Numbered from the stretch's first letter, positions 10,072 through 19,859 are shown. The stretch is 64,000 nt of DNA from Pedosphaera sp. (GCA_009695205.1 SIBK01000014.1:1317-65316); one strand, 5' to 3'. Program-made: numbers and translations. Notes: a model not told the origin generated them from the sequence alone.

Positions 10072-10401
10072 ATGGCTCGAATTTGTCCACTCACCGGTAA
10101 ACGCCCCGTCAAGGGCAATCACATTTGGCGTTCCGGCAAGGCGAAGAAGAAAGGGGGTATCGGCACACACGTGACCGCGATCACCAAGCGTCGGTTTATC
10201 CCGAATCTACAGCGAGTGAAGGCGGTACTTCCGAGCGGAGAGATTCGCTACATCCGTGTGGCCACCACCGCGCTCAAGAAGGGGTTGGTCACCAAGGCTC
10301 CGCGGCGCACATGGAAAAAGGGTGACAAGCCGGTGGAGAAGCCTGAGGCCAAACCAACGACCAAGTCAGCGGTGAAGCCTGTAGCAACCCGAAGGGTGTG
10401 A
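10072..10401 (+). CDS. rpmB: 50S ribosomal protein L28 with Lys/Pro-rich C-terminal extension
   Basis: MARICPLTGKRPVKGNHIWRSGKAKKKGGIGTHVTAITKRRFIPNLQ is the canonical L28 core. It is followed by about 40 aa of a K/P/A-rich tail. Confidence 0.9.
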   Translation: MARICPLTGKRPVKGNHIWRSGKAKKKGGIGTHVTAITKRRFIPNLQRVKAVLPSGEIRYIRVATTALKKGLVTKAPRRTWKKGDKPVEKPEAKPTTKSAVKPVATRRV

Positions 10402-10465
10402 TTTCCGGCGGTCGTTGAATTTGAACGTCACAACGGCGACTTCACCGTTTGCCGCGGTTGCGTTT

Positions 10466-10912
10466 TCATCGACGACGTGTAAGCGCGCGATCTATCTCTC
10501 GCTGGGCTTCCCGCGACTTGATGTCCTCCCGTTTGTCGTACTCTGCTTTGCCCTTGCCAACAGCGAGGAGCACTTTTACCCGCCCATTCTTCCAGTAAAA
10601 GGAGAGCGGCACCACGGCGTTCCCCTTAACGGCACCATAGCCGGCCAATTTTTCGATCTCACGACGATGAAGAAGCAGCTTCCGGGGAGCCTTGGGAAGG
10701 TGATTTTGGATGTTGCCGTGGGAGTATTCGTCGATGTGAGCGTTGTACAACCACGCTTGATCCTTTTCGACGCGGCAGAAGGCGTCGGTAATCTGCCCTT
10801 TGCCAGCCCGCAGCGACTTCACCTCGGTTCCGTGCAGAACCAAGCCTGCCTCAAACGTCTCGAGGATGTGGTAGTCGCGCCTGGCCTTTGAATTGGAAAG
10901 GATGTCACCCAT
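10466..10912 (-). CDS. smpB: SsrA-binding protein
   Basis: NSKARRDYHILETFEAGLVLHGTEVKSLR, YNAHIDEY and a basic C-terminal tail. The length of 148 aa is typical. Confidence 0.9.
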   Translation of the reverse strand: MGDILSNSKARRDYHILETFEAGLVLHGTEVKSLRAGKGQITDAFCRVEKDQAWLYNAHIDEYSHGNIQNHLPKAPRKLLLHRREIEKLAGYGAVKGNAVVPLSFYWKNGRVKVLLAVGKGKAEYDKREDIKSREAQREIDRALTRRR

Positions 10913-10994
10913 GAAAAAGGCCAGAGGGCACTCCTCTGACCGGCGTCTTTGATTCGCTCCCTGGGCATACTACTGCCGGGATCGTGCCGCCGGA

Positions 10995-11261
10995 TCAAGC
11001 CGCCGCTCGGCGCTTCCGCCGGGCAGCGATCTGCAGCACTTCGACTGGATCATCCACAATGATGTCGTAGCCGATTTTGCCTTCGGCAACCTCCAGTAAC
11101 GCAATGTCGGCAGCCCCAACGCCGGGACCGGCATCGATCAGTGGACGGGCAAATCCTCCTCCTCCACCATTCAGTTGGCGGACCCGGCGAGAGATGACGT
11201 TCACCAGAATGTGGGGATTTCCCACCTTCTCCAGCGCTTTTTTCATGACTTCGGAGTTCAC
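10995..11261 (-). CDS. rpoZ: DNA-directed RNA polymerase subunit omega
   Basis: ALEKVGNPHILVNVISRRVRQLN is the RpoZ signature. The ORF is 88 aa. Confidence 0.85.
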   Translation of the reverse strand: MNSEVMKKALEKVGNPHILVNVISRRVRQLNGGGGGFARPLIDAGPGVGAADIALLEVAEGKIGYDIIVDDPVEVLQIAARRKRRAAA

Positions 11262-11403
11262 AGGTAATGCTATAAAACGAAACGGTAAGCTAACCCATGC
11301 GAAGTTCCATGCAACCGAAATCTCTTCGAGAAATTTTACCGGGGTCTTTGAACACGGAATCGTATCTTCACTCGAAGTTGCAGACCGGTTTCACCGGATT
11401 AGC

Positions 11404-12963
11404 ATGAACAAGATCATGAATATACGATTCGTACATCACTCCCGCTCCGCAGCAGGCCTTGCCATCGCGTTGGCAGCCACCCTTGCAGTCGCCCCGGGCG
11501 CTGCATCGGCGCGAGAAAGCGCGGCTCTCAGCCTTGCGCGACAATTGAATCAAGCCTTCGTTGAGGTCGCCGACACGATCTCCCCGTCGGTCGTTGTAAT
11601 CAGCGTCACTCCCAAACCCGAGGCGGAGGCCAGGTCCCTTTCCCACCGGCGGGCTTGGTTGGAACAGATGGTTCCGGAAGAATTTCGGAAGTTTCTCGAA
11701 CCGCAACCTGATTCTCCGCCTCCACGTCGGAAGGGACCCCCCAAGAGCGACGAGGACGATCGGGCGACGATGCAAGGCTCGGGCGTCGTGATGAGGGAGG
11801 ATGGCTACGTGCTCACCAACAACCATGTGGTGGAGGATGCCGCCAAGATTCGGGTCCGGCTCAAGGATGGACGCGAATTCGATGGGGAACTGCGTGGCAC
11901 AGACCCGAAGTCAGATCTGGCGGTGATTAAGCTGAAGGGTGATGTGAAAAACCTGACAGCCGCTCACTTCGCCGATTCGGACAAGGTGAAGGTCGGCGAG
12001 TTTGCCATCGCCATCGGTGCTCCATTTGAGCTGGATTACAGTGTCACTTACGGCCACGTGAGTGCCAAGGGGCGTGGCAATATCATCCCGGCGTTTTCCA
12101 CAGAGACCCGGGGGCTGGATCAAGATTATATTCAGACGGACGCAAGCATTAATCCGGGGAATAGCGGTGGCCCATTGGTCAATATTGAGGGAGAAGTCAT
12201 TGGCATTAACTCGATGATCCGCGGGATGAACAGCGGCATCGGCTTTGCCATCCCCTCCAATCTCGCCCAGCAGGTTGGGAATTCGATTATCGAAAACGGG
12301 AAGTTCGCCCGCAGTTGGCTCGGGATTAGCATCCATCCGCTCAAATCGGACATGGATCTCAGGAATATGCTCAAAGGGGTCGACGACGGCGTCGTGGTCA
12401 ACGGATTTGTGGAGAACAGTCCGGCGGAGAAGGGGGGCGTGAAGCGCGGGGATGTGATTATGGCAGTTGACGGCCAGAAGGTGAGCACGCCTCAGCAGCT
12501 CAAGAATGAGATTCGCAATAAAGTCTTGGGTTCATCCGTTTCGTTGGATGTTCACCGATTGGGCAAAAACATTACCCTAAAGGTGAAGACCGAGGAGTGG
12601 CCTGAGAGCGGCAGCATCCCGGTGGCGGGCCGCAAGCGGGCCACCCCGGCGACCGAGACCGAGAGCGCGGATTTGGGGCTAAAGGTGAAAACGATCAGCC
12701 GAGAGGTCGCTGCGGAGATAGGGGTCAAGGAGGGGAAAGGTGTGCTGGTTACTGACGTGACCGAAGGGAGTCCTGCGGCGCGTAAAGGGATACGTGTGGG
12801 AGATGTCATCACGGAGGTGCACGGCACGGAGATCAATTCGACGACAGAATTTGCGGATGCTCTCAAGGAGACGCGACTGAAAGAGGGCGTCATGTTGAGT
12901 GTTATCGAGTCGCGCACCGGGGATGAACGATTGTTTGTGATCCGGGAACGTTCTGCGGAATAA
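11404..12963 (+). CDS. htrA: periplasmic serine endoprotease, DegP/HtrA family with two PDZ domains
   Basis: It has a signal peptide (AAGLAIALAATLAVAPGAASA) and the trypsin-like triad context (YVLTNNHVV, DLAVIKL, TDASINPGNSGGPL), followed by two PDZ-like segments. I chose the start at the ATG at 11404. The longer ORF from 11077 overlaps rpoZ on the other strand. Confidence 0.85.
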   Translation: MNKIMNIRFVHHSRSAAGLAIALAATLAVAPGAASARESAALSLARQLNQAFVEVADTISPSVVVISVTPKPEAEARSLSHRRAWLEQMVPEEFRKFLEPQPDSPPPRRKGPPKSDEDDRATMQGSGVVMREDGYVLTNNHVVEDAAKIRVRLKDGREFDGELRGTDPKSDLAVIKLKGDVKNLTAAHFADSDKVKVGEFAIAIGAPFELDYSVTYGHVSAKGRGNIIPAFSTETRGLDQDYIQTDASINPGNSGGPLVNIEGEVIGINSMIRGMNSGIGFAIPSNLAQQVGNSIIENGKFARSWLGISIHPLKSDMDLRNMLKGVDDGVVVNGFVENSPAEKGGVKRGDVIMAVDGQKVSTPQQLKNEIRNKVLGSSVSLDVHRLGKNITLKVKTEEWPESGSIPVAGRKRATPATETESADLGLKVKTISREVAAEIGVKEGKGVLVTDVTEGSPAARKGIRVGDVITEVHGTEINSTTEFADALKETRLKEGVMLSVIESRTGDERLFVIRERSAE

Positions 12964-12990
12964 GCCATTGGGAGTGACTGTTGTCAGCAA

Positions 12991-13026
12991 GCCGCGCCTG
13001 GGAACGGGCGCGGCGTTCCCTTTTCG
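12991..13026 (+). terminator. putative intrinsic terminator downstream of htrA
   Basis: An 8-bp GC stem, GCCGCGCC(12991-12998)/GGCGCGGC(13007-13014), is followed by GTTCCCTTTTCG, which has a short T tract. It lies 28 nt after the htrA stop. Confidence 0.45.
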
Positions 13027-13154
13027 TCCTGTCAGCCGCGTTTCAGGGGGGGTACATTCCCACCGATGAGCGCGACGGAAATAGTGGATAGGCTGCCAAA
13101 CTTGTGCGGTAAAAGCCTGGAAACCAGGCAGAATTCGGTTAACGTGGATATCCT

Positions 13155-13745
13155 TTGACGTTGCCGAATCAACTCACTCTCTCGCGGTTCGTTCTCACGG
13201 CCGTGTTTTTGATGGTGATTTTCGCGGCGTTCAACGGGAATGAGACGGTCGCGCTCTTTCTTTTTTGTATCGCGGGCTTGACGGATTTTTTGGACGGTCG
13301 AATCGCCCGGAAGCAAAATCTGATCACCAACTTCGGTATTCTCATGGACCCGTTGGCGGACAAGATCCTGAATTGCTCCGCGTTTATTGCTTTTGTGGAA
13401 CTGCGTCAGATGCAGGCATGGATGGTGGTGATCATCGTTGCGCGAGAGTTGGCGATAACTGGCCTGCGACTCCTCGCAGCGTCCAAGAGTGTGGTGTTGG
13501 CAGCGGAGCGCTATGGGAAGCACAAGACCATTTCCCAGATCGTGGCCATCATCGCCATTCTCGTTCTGCTCAGCTATCCGCAGTGGGGCACTCCGGGGAT
13601 CGCTCTCTTCGGTTGGAGGATCGGTGGACGCCCATGGATCGAATCTTTTGTTGAGTTTTCAAAATGGGTGACCGTTGTCCTAACCCTGTGGAGCGGCGCG
13701 GTGTATTTGTGGCGAAATCGACGTCTCTACTTGGATGACATGTAG
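13155..13745 (+). CDS. pgsA: CDP-diacylglycerol--glycerol-3-phosphate 3-phosphatidyltransferase
   Basis: The CDP-alcohol phosphatidyltransferase motif is present (GLTDFLDGRIARKQNLITNFGILMDPLADK). There are multiple TM segments and a TTG start. Confidence 0.85.
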   Translation: MTLPNQLTLSRFVLTAVFLMVIFAAFNGNETVALFLFCIAGLTDFLDGRIARKQNLITNFGILMDPLADKILNCSAFIAFVELRQMQAWMVVIIVARELAITGLRLLAASKSVVLAAERYGKHKTISQIVAIIAILVLLSYPQWGTPGIALFGWRIGGRPWIESFVEFSKWVTVVLTLWSGAVYLWRNRRLYLDDM

Positions 13746-13795
13746 TTCGACGTGCGTCGGCCACCCGGGAGAGCTCGGCTCCGTTTGAGATTGGC

Positions 13796-14314
13796 ATGTT
13801 GATGCGAATGAATCCGACCGATCAGCGCCTTCTTTGGATTGCTCAGGGATTTGGGTGTGGTCGTATGCGGCCTGCTCCCGGCACGTGGGGTAGTGCCATG
13901 GGACTGGCGTGGGCGGCCTTTCTCGTTCTTGCCTGCCCGCACTGGTTGTATTGGATCTTAAGCGCTGCCGCAGTCCCTCCAGCGATCTGGATTTGCGGAC
14001 GGGCGGAGCAGATTTTGGGTGAAACGGATCCCAGCTCTGTCGTCCTCGACGAAATCGTGGCCATGCCATTTTGTTTTTGCCCATGGCTTTTGAAGCAGTC
14101 ATTTTTTTTCGCGGGACCGCTGCACAGCCATCTGGCACACCCAAGCCTTGCCAGTTTCGTCGTGGCATTCGCCCTCTTCCGCTTCTTCGACGTTGTCAAG
14201 CCGCCGCCCATCCGCCAACTGCAGCGGCTCCCAGGAGGCTGGGGGGTGGTCGTGGACGACCTGGTTGCAGCCGGCGTTGCTGGAGTTGTTTTGGTCTTGC
14301 TGCCGCTGCGGTAA
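13796..14314 (+). CDS. pgpA: phosphatidylglycerophosphatase A
   Basis: GFGCGRMRPAPGTWGS, VLDEIVAMPF and FRFFDVVKPPPIRQLQRLPGGWGVVVDDLVAG match the PgpA family. It lies directly after pgsA. Confidence 0.8.
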   Translation: MLMRMNPTDQRLLWIAQGFGCGRMRPAPGTWGSAMGLAWAAFLVLACPHWLYWILSAAAVPPAIWICGRAEQILGETDPSSVVLDEIVAMPFCFCPWLLKQSFFFAGPLHSHLAHPSLASFVVAFALFRFFDVVKPPPIRQLQRLPGGWGVVVDDLVAAGVAGVVLVLLPLR

Positions 14315-14371
14315 TGCGGCCACCGATTTCGTTCGTGAGGAGTCTTCGCCGGTGTTGGCGGTATCCGCGGA

Positions 14372-14881
14372 TTAAAGATCGATGAACGTCGTCGCACCTC
14401 CACCGATACCGGGGCCGACCTCCAGGATTGCCACGCTTCTCCGCAGATGAAACTTTGGCTTGCCGGAATACCCTGGATTTAGGAAGAGGGTCCCGTCCTG
14501 TGTCCGTTGGAACCGTTGGTGAGTGTGACCGAAGAGGACCACCTCCGGACGTTCCCGGACAAAACGCACCCCGATGCTTTCTGCGGCGCGTTCTGGGATC
14601 ACGATATGGTGGACGAGAAATCGGAGACCTGCCAGCACGACAACCTCCGTCTCCCCTAGATGATCGAGACCGGCGATGCCGAAGTCGTTGTTACCCAAGA
14701 CAGCGGTGACCGGAGCGATTCTCTCGAGTTCGGTGAGAATTCGGCCAGAGCCGATGTCGCCACCGTGCAGAATGTGATCTACTCCGGAAAAATGATGAAG
14801 TATCGACGGATCCAGGAATCCGTGCGTGTCCGAAATCAGGCCAATTCGAAGCGTCGATACCGGCCCTATGTCTGCGTTCAT
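14372..14881 (-). CDS. metallophosphoesterase, YfcE/MJ0936 family
   Basis: ISDTHG, GGDIGS, LGNNDF and LFGHTH are the calcineurin-like phosphoesterase motifs. The ORF is 169 aa. Confidence 0.8.
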   Translation of the reverse strand: MNADIGPVSTLRIGLISDTHGFLDPSILHHFSGVDHILHGGDIGSGRILTELERIAPVTAVLGNNDFGIAGLDHLGETEVVVLAGLRFLVHHIVIPERAAESIGVRFVRERPEVVLFGHTHQRFQRTQDGTLFLNPGYSGKPKFHLRRSVAILEVGPGIGGGATTFIDL

Positions 14882-14904
14882 TGGGAAGTACTTCGGAGGG
14901 CTGC

Positions 14905-15561
14905 TTACGTCGGAGCTTCTCCGGATTCCGGAGTGGAACTGGGTTCAGTTTCCTCGCCTTTCTCGGTGGGTGATTCGGCGGAATGCCATTGCGCGGTGCC
15001 TGCGAATAATGCTGTGAAAAGACCGCTGCTAAGCAGGGTATTTCGGAAGAATTCCCAGGTGGGAGGATGCCCGTTTGTCCCGAAAGTCAGCGCCCGGAGC
15101 CAGCCAGTGATATCCCGGGTATATTCGGGATTGGAGAAGGGGTTGAGAAGCCAGGCTGCCGTGTTCGTAATGAAATAGAATCCAATGGCTCCCAGGATTC
15201 CTGCCGCGAGCAGGCTGAGGAAGCTTGAACGCGCCTGGAAACAGCGGCCGAGTCCAAAAAGCAGTCCGTATCCGAGGTAATTTCCGGCCAGGTAGAGGAG
15301 GAGGCCGGGGGTGAGGACATTGATCCCACGGCCGAATTGATAGTAGGCGTTAAGGCCCATATCCGTCGCAAACAGAATGAAAATCGGTAAACGCCATCCC
15401 TTCGAGCCGGGAAAAAACACCCCGGCACAGAACATGAGAGAGTAAACCGCGCTGAAGTTTGGGGGAAGCAGACCGGGTGAGCGGGTCAGTGCCATTATCC
15501 CTGCAAAGATCCACGGGAGCCAGGATTTCCACCGATCAGACACGAGACCTAGACTAGTCAT
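14905..15561 (-). CDS. integral membrane protein, DUF6580-like putative transporter
   Basis: It is hydrophobic throughout. FYFITNTAAWLLNP ... FFRNTLLSSGLFTALF resembles the DUF6580 pattern. I chose the start at MTSLGL (rc ATG 15559-15561), because the longer ORF would overlap iscX. Confidence 0.45.
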   Translation of the reverse strand: MTSLGLVSDRWKSWLPWIFAGIMALTRSPGLLPPNFSAVYSLMFCAGVFFPGSKGWRLPIFILFATDMGLNAYYQFGRGINVLTPGLLLYLAGNYLGYGLLFGLGRCFQARSSFLSLLAAGILGAIGFYFITNTAAWLLNPFSNPEYTRDITGWLRALTFGTNGHPPTWEFFRNTLLSSGLFTALFAGTAQWHSAESPTEKGEETEPSSTPESGEAPT

Positions 15562-15656
15562 CGCCGCCCAAGTGGCAAGGGAAGGACTGGATGGGGTGCC
15601 GGATTTTTTTCTCGTTCGCTTGACGGCTGATAATCTACAGAGAAGCTCTTGGCCCG

Positions 15657-15857
15657 ATGAAACTGACATGGAAAGACTGCGAGGAAATAGTGGGGGCGTT
15701 GATCGAGAAGTTTCCGGACCAAGATCCGCTGCGGTTGTCGTTCCCCAAGTTGCACAAAATGGTGCTCGAACTCGAAGAGTTCGCCGATGAGCCGACTGCA
15801 TCCAATGAGCGGATCTTGGAGAACATCCAGATGCAGTGGTACGAGGAAAACAAGTAA
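15657..15857 (+). CDS. iscX: Fe-S cluster assembly protein IscX (YfhJ-like)
   Basis: The 66-aa protein MKLTWKDCEEIVGALIEKFPDQDPLRLSFPKLHKMVLELEEFADEPTASNERILENIQMQWYEE aligns end to end with E. coli IscX ([61 protein letters not shown]). Confidence 0.8.
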   Translation: MKLTWKDCEEIVGALIEKFPDQDPLRLSFPKLHKMVLELEEFADEPTASNERILENIQMQWYEENK

Positions 15858-16067
15858 TCCCACCGAATCATAAGGGAGAAATTTGCCATTAATCGACCCA
15901 ACACCCTCAACCCCCTGGGTTTCTCTCCCGCACCATCCAGTGGGGTGATCTCCTGTGTTGTTCCAGCCAGAAAGTGTTCACTTTCGCCACCGTGCTCTCT
16001 CAACATTCGGGATTCGCACCTCGGTTGTCGGGTTGCCACGCGCCCTCTTCCAATGTGACTCTTACCA

Positions 16068-17450
16068 ATGCCTTTGACCGATTCCCATCTGAATGAACTC
16101 CGGTCCCGACTGGGTGAGGACCAAGTCCTGACGACCGCGGAGGATCTGCTCTGTTATTCCTTCGACGGCACAGCGGCGTTGAACCAGACGCCGGGCTGTG
16201 TGGTGTTTGCCCGCACTGCGGCTGACGTCGCGGCCGTGCTCGGCGTTGCCAATCACGATCAGATCCCGGTGGTGACGCGGGGTTCTGGCACCGGGCTGAG
16301 CGGCGGAAGTTTGCCCGTCCCAGGTTGCATTGTTCTGTGCACGGTCAAAATGAACCGAATCCTCGAGGTGGACCGGGCGAACCTCACGATGCGAGTGGAG
16401 CCTGGAGTGACGACGATCCAGGTAGCGGAAGCTGCGACGGCCGTGGGTCTTTTTTATCCGCCCGATCCGGGTTCGATGAAGATCTCGACCATTGGCGGAA
16501 ATGTGGCGGAAAACTCCGGCGGGCTGCGGGGATTGAAGTACGGCGTCACCCGGAACTATGTGATGGGGCTCCACGTGGTGATGCCGGACGGGCGGTTGTT
16601 GGTGACGGGCAACAAGTGCGTCAAGGATGTGGCAGGATACTCGTTGAAGGATCTTTTCGTGGGGTCCGAAGGGACGCTTGGGGTGATCACCGAAGTGCTG
16701 CTTCGTCTGATTCCGAAGCCTGCGGCGAAGCAGACGATCGTGGCGACCTATTCAGAAATGGATGCCGCCGCCCAGACGGTGTCGGACATCATTGCGGCCC
16801 GAATAATTCCCTGCACCCTGGAGTTCCTGGACCGGACGACGATCCATTGTGTCGAAGACTACGCCAAGATCGGGCTGCCGTTGGATTGTGAGGCACTTTT
16901 ATTAATGGAGACCGATGGTCACGCCGCCCAGGTGTCGGATGAAGCGACGCAGATGGTGGAGATCGCTCGGCGGAACGGGTGCAAGGAAATTCGCGTGGCA
17001 CACGATGAGGCCGAGGGAAATCGGCTGGCGAGCGCGCGACGTTCCGCGTTCAGCGCTCTTGCGCGGGTCGCGCCGACAACGATTCTTGAGGATGCGACGG
17101 TTCCCCGGAGCGAACTTGCCCGGATGGTGCGCTTCGTCGCCGATGTTGCCCGAAAGCACCGGCTACGGATCGGTACATTCGGTCATATGGGTGATGGCAA
17201 CCTGCATCCGACGTTTCTGACGGACGAACGGAACCATGACGAGATGCACCGGGTTGAGGAGGCCTTTCGTGAAATTTTCGATGAGGCGATCCGGTTGGGG
17301 GGCACCATCACCGGTGAACACGGAGTGGGAGTGGCGAAGAAAAGTTTTCTGCCGAAATTCATGGGAGACGTTCAGATGGACGTCCTGAGGCAACTTCGGA
17401 AGATTTTGGATCCCCGAGGGATCCTGAACCCAGGCAAGATGTTCGATTGA
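16068..17450 (+). CDS. FAD-linked oxidase, glycolate oxidase subunit GlcD-like
   Basis: It has an FAD-binding PCMH domain (VVTRGSGTGLSGGS, GGNVAENSGG) and a C-terminal FAD-oxidase domain (GEHGVGVAKK). No glcE or glcF gene is adjacent. Confidence 0.8.
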   Translation: MPLTDSHLNELRSRLGEDQVLTTAEDLLCYSFDGTAALNQTPGCVVFARTAADVAAVLGVANHDQIPVVTRGSGTGLSGGSLPVPGCIVLCTVKMNRILEVDRANLTMRVEPGVTTIQVAEAATAVGLFYPPDPGSMKISTIGGNVAENSGGLRGLKYGVTRNYVMGLHVVMPDGRLLVTGNKCVKDVAGYSLKDLFVGSEGTLGVITEVLLRLIPKPAAKQTIVATYSEMDAAAQTVSDIIAARIIPCTLEFLDRTTIHCVEDYAKIGLPLDCEALLLMETDGHAAQVSDEATQMVEIARRNGCKEIRVAHDEAEGNRLASARRSAFSALARVAPTTILEDATVPRSELARMVRFVADVARKHRLRIGTFGHMGDGNLHPTFLTDERNHDEMHRVEEAFREIFDEAIRLGGTITGEHGVGVAKKSFLPKFMGDVQMDVLRQLRKILDPRGILNPGKMFD

Positions 17451-17535
17451 CCTAAAAATTCAAAATGAGAACTGCTGGGTGGCGTCGTGGAGCGGAGGGG
17501 AATGCGACATGGCTCCCAGGCGCCTTTCAAAAGGC

Positions 17536-18780
17536 TTAGTTACGGAGAAGATTCTGAACCGATAGCCCTCGCAAGGCGAAAAGCCGACGAATTGTATCCT
17601 CTATCAGATTATTGGGGCAGGAGGCGCCGGCGGTGATGCCAACCGTGACCGGCCTGTCCATCGGCAGCCAGTTGCTGGTTTCGACTTCTTCAGCTGTGTG
17701 CTGATTCCAATGCTGAATGATGGCTCCGGACTGCATTTTAGTCGCATTCTTGATGAAGTAGGTGGGCAACAGCTTTTCCCCCATCTCTGCCAAGTGCGAT
17801 GTGTTGGAGGAGTTGTAGCCGCCGACCACCAGCAGAAGGTCCATCGGTTCACAAAGCAGTTTCTCCAGGGCGTCCTGACGCTCCTGTGTTGCCCCGCAAA
17901 TCGTGTCGAAATAACGAAAATGTTCAGCAATCGCCGCCGTGCCGAACCGCCGCTCCATGGCAGCCCGGAAACGTCGCTGCACTTCCTCCGTTTCTCCTCG
18001 CAGCATCGTCGTCTGGTTCGCGACCCCAATTGCGTACAGGTGCTGGTCCGGATCGAAATTAGGGGAGTGCGCGCCCTTGAACCGATCGAGGAACACTTCA
18101 CGGCTGCCGCCTTTGACAATGTAGTCGCACACATAGTCTGTCTCGCTCAAATCGAAAACCACCAGATAATGTCCGGTCCCGTAGGCGGTGGCCTGAGAGG
18201 TCGTAGCCTTGGTTTCCTCATGGCGCGCCTTTCCGTGGATGATGCTGGTGACCTGTTCCTTGCTGTACTGCCGGACCCGCTTCCAAACACTCATGACGTC
18301 GCCACACGTGGTATCGACCAAATGGCAACCACAGTTCTGTAGTTTCTGCCGGGTTGCAACTTCGGTGCCGAATGCGGGAATGATCACGACATCCTGGGGT
18401 CCGAGATTCAGAGCGGCGATTTCTGATTCCTGCGGCTTGGGAGAGATGCTGACGATGCCCAGGTTCCGAATCTGATCGTTGACCTCCGGGTTATGAATGA
18501 TCTCGCCGAGGAGGAAAATCCGGGTCGGATTTGGGAAAAAACGGCGAGCGGCGTAGGCGAGATCAATGGCGCGCTCCACCCCATAACAGAAGCCGAATTC
18601 CTTGGCAAGTTTGATGGTCAATCCATCGGCGGACAAGACCCCGCCATTCGATCGGATTCGTTCGACCAACTGGCTTCGGTAGTGGGCGACAACCTGAGCT
18701 TGCACTGCTTGCATGACGTCCGGTGTCCTGAGATTGACCTTGCGGGGCGGAATTTCCATCGGGGCTAGCGTAACCAACAT
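17536..18780 (-). CDS. ispH: 4-hydroxy-3-methylbut-2-enyl diphosphate reductase (long form)
   Basis: FGFCYGVERAI, IIHNPEV, VIIPAFG, CGATQERQDA and SSNTSHL are LytB/IspH motifs including the cluster cysteines. At about 410 aa it resembles the long cyanobacterial/plant-type form. Confidence 0.85.
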   Translation of the reverse strand: MLVTLAPMEIPPRKVNLRTPDVMQAVQAQVVAHYRSQLVERIRSNGGVLSADGLTIKLAKEFGFCYGVERAIDLAYAARRFFPNPTRIFLLGEIIHNPEVNDQIRNLGIVSISPKPQESEIAALNLGPQDVVIIPAFGTEVATRQKLQNCGCHLVDTTCGDVMSVWKRVRQYSKEQVTSIIHGKARHEETKATTSQATAYGTGHYLVVFDLSETDYVCDYIVKGGSREVFLDRFKGAHSPNFDPDQHLYAIGVANQTTMLRGETEEVQRRFRAAMERRFGTAAIAEHFRYFDTICGATQERQDALEKLLCEPMDLLLVVGGYNSSNTSHLAEMGEKLLPTYFIKNATKMQSGAIIQHWNQHTAEEVETSNWLPMDRPVTVGITAGASCPNNLIEDTIRRLFALRGLSVQNLLRN

Positions 18781-18828
18781 GGGCGACAGGTGAAATCAGG
18801 AAAATCGAGGCCTCCATCCCTCGCCTGT

Positions 18829-19725
18829 TCAGCTCAGGGTCCACTCAAGGATTGCCTTCTGCGTGTGAAGTCGGTTCTCGGCTTCGGCAAAAATTGTTTC
18901 CGCGTGCGCTTCCATCGTCGCGTCGTCAATTTCTTTACCCCGATAGGCTGGTAGGCAGTGCATGACAAGCGCACCGGGAGCGGCCAAACCCACCAGGGAC
19001 GCGTTGATTTGGAACCCGGCGAGATTCTTCAGACGCTGGGCGGATTCGGCCTCTTTGCCCATGGAGACCCACACGTCGGTATACAGCAGATCGGCTCCGC
19101 GGGCCGCGGCATAGAGGTCTGAAGTGATGGAAACCCGACCTCCTGCGCGGCGCAGTAACTCGGTCGGTGGCTGATAAGCGAGGGGGGCGGCTATCCGAAG
19201 TTCAAAATCAAGCCGGGCGGCTGCCCAGATCCAGCTGGCGGGGACGTTGCAAGCGCCGTCGCCCACAAAGGTCACGATCTTTCCACGGATGGATTCCTGG
19301 CGGAGCTCTTCAAAAGTGAAGATGTCGGTCAAGATTTGGCACGGATGCTCAGCGTCGGTTAAAGCGTTAACCGTTGGAATTCGTGAGTAGTTGGCGAACT
19401 CCTCGACATCGTGTTGGGCGAAGGTTCGGATAATGGCGCCGTGAAGCATCCGGCCCAAAACTCTGGCCGTGTCCTTAATCGGTTCACCGCGTCCGAGCTG
19501 AATATCGTTCGCATTGAGAAACATCACGTCTCCTCCGAGCTCGCGAATCCCAACTTCAAAGCTTACCCGTGTCCGTGTCGAGGATTTGCTGAAAATCAGA
19601 GCCCAGGTTTGGCCGCTGAGCGGGCGCAGATGATGCTTCCGCTCCCGTTTGAAATAGCTGGCGCGACAGAGAATGGCCTTTATGTCAGCGGTCGTGACGG
19701 ATTCCAGGCTTAGGAAATGTTTCAT
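18829..19725 (-). CDS. argF: ornithine carbamoyltransferase
   Basis: SKSSTRTRVSFEVG, HPCQILTD, DVWVSMG and HCLPAYRGKE are present. The start is at MKHFLSL (rc ATG 19723-19725). Confidence 0.85.
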   Translation of the reverse strand: MKHFLSLESVTTADIKAILCRASYFKRERKHHLRPLSGQTWALIFSKSSTRTRVSFEVGIRELGGDVMFLNANDIQLGRGEPIKDTARVLGRMLHGAIIRTFAQHDVEEFANYSRIPTVNALTDAEHPCQILTDIFTFEELRQESIRGKIVTFVGDGACNVPASWIWAAARLDFELRIAAPLAYQPPTELLRRAGGRVSITSDLYAAARGADLLYTDVWVSMGKEAESAQRLKNLAGFQINASLVGLAAPGALVMHCLPAYRGKEIDDATMEAHAETIFAEAENRLHTQKAILEWTLS

Positions 19726-19765
19726 GGAACAATAATTCGCCCCTGCGGGGGGCGAGGGGTAAACA

Positions 19766-19783
19766 CCAAAATTCAAATTTTGG
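19766..19783. promoter_or_regulatory. AT-rich perfect palindrome upstream of argF (candidate operator)
   Basis: CCAAAATT-CA-AATTTTGG has 8-bp arms. It lies 41-58 nt upstream of the argF ATG. It does not match a full ARG-box consensus. Confidence 0.2.
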
Positions 19784-19859
19784 AAACAAATATTTGAGAA
19801 ACCGGGAATGGAGGGGCTTCCGAAGCACCTCGAAACCCACCGTCGGCGTCCCTGGGAGT

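Noticed and set aside
19766-19783. The palindrome upstream of argF as an ArgR ARG box.
   Set aside because: It lacks the TGAAT-N4-ATTCA core spacing of the ARG-box consensus. I kept it only as a low-confidence generic operator candidate.
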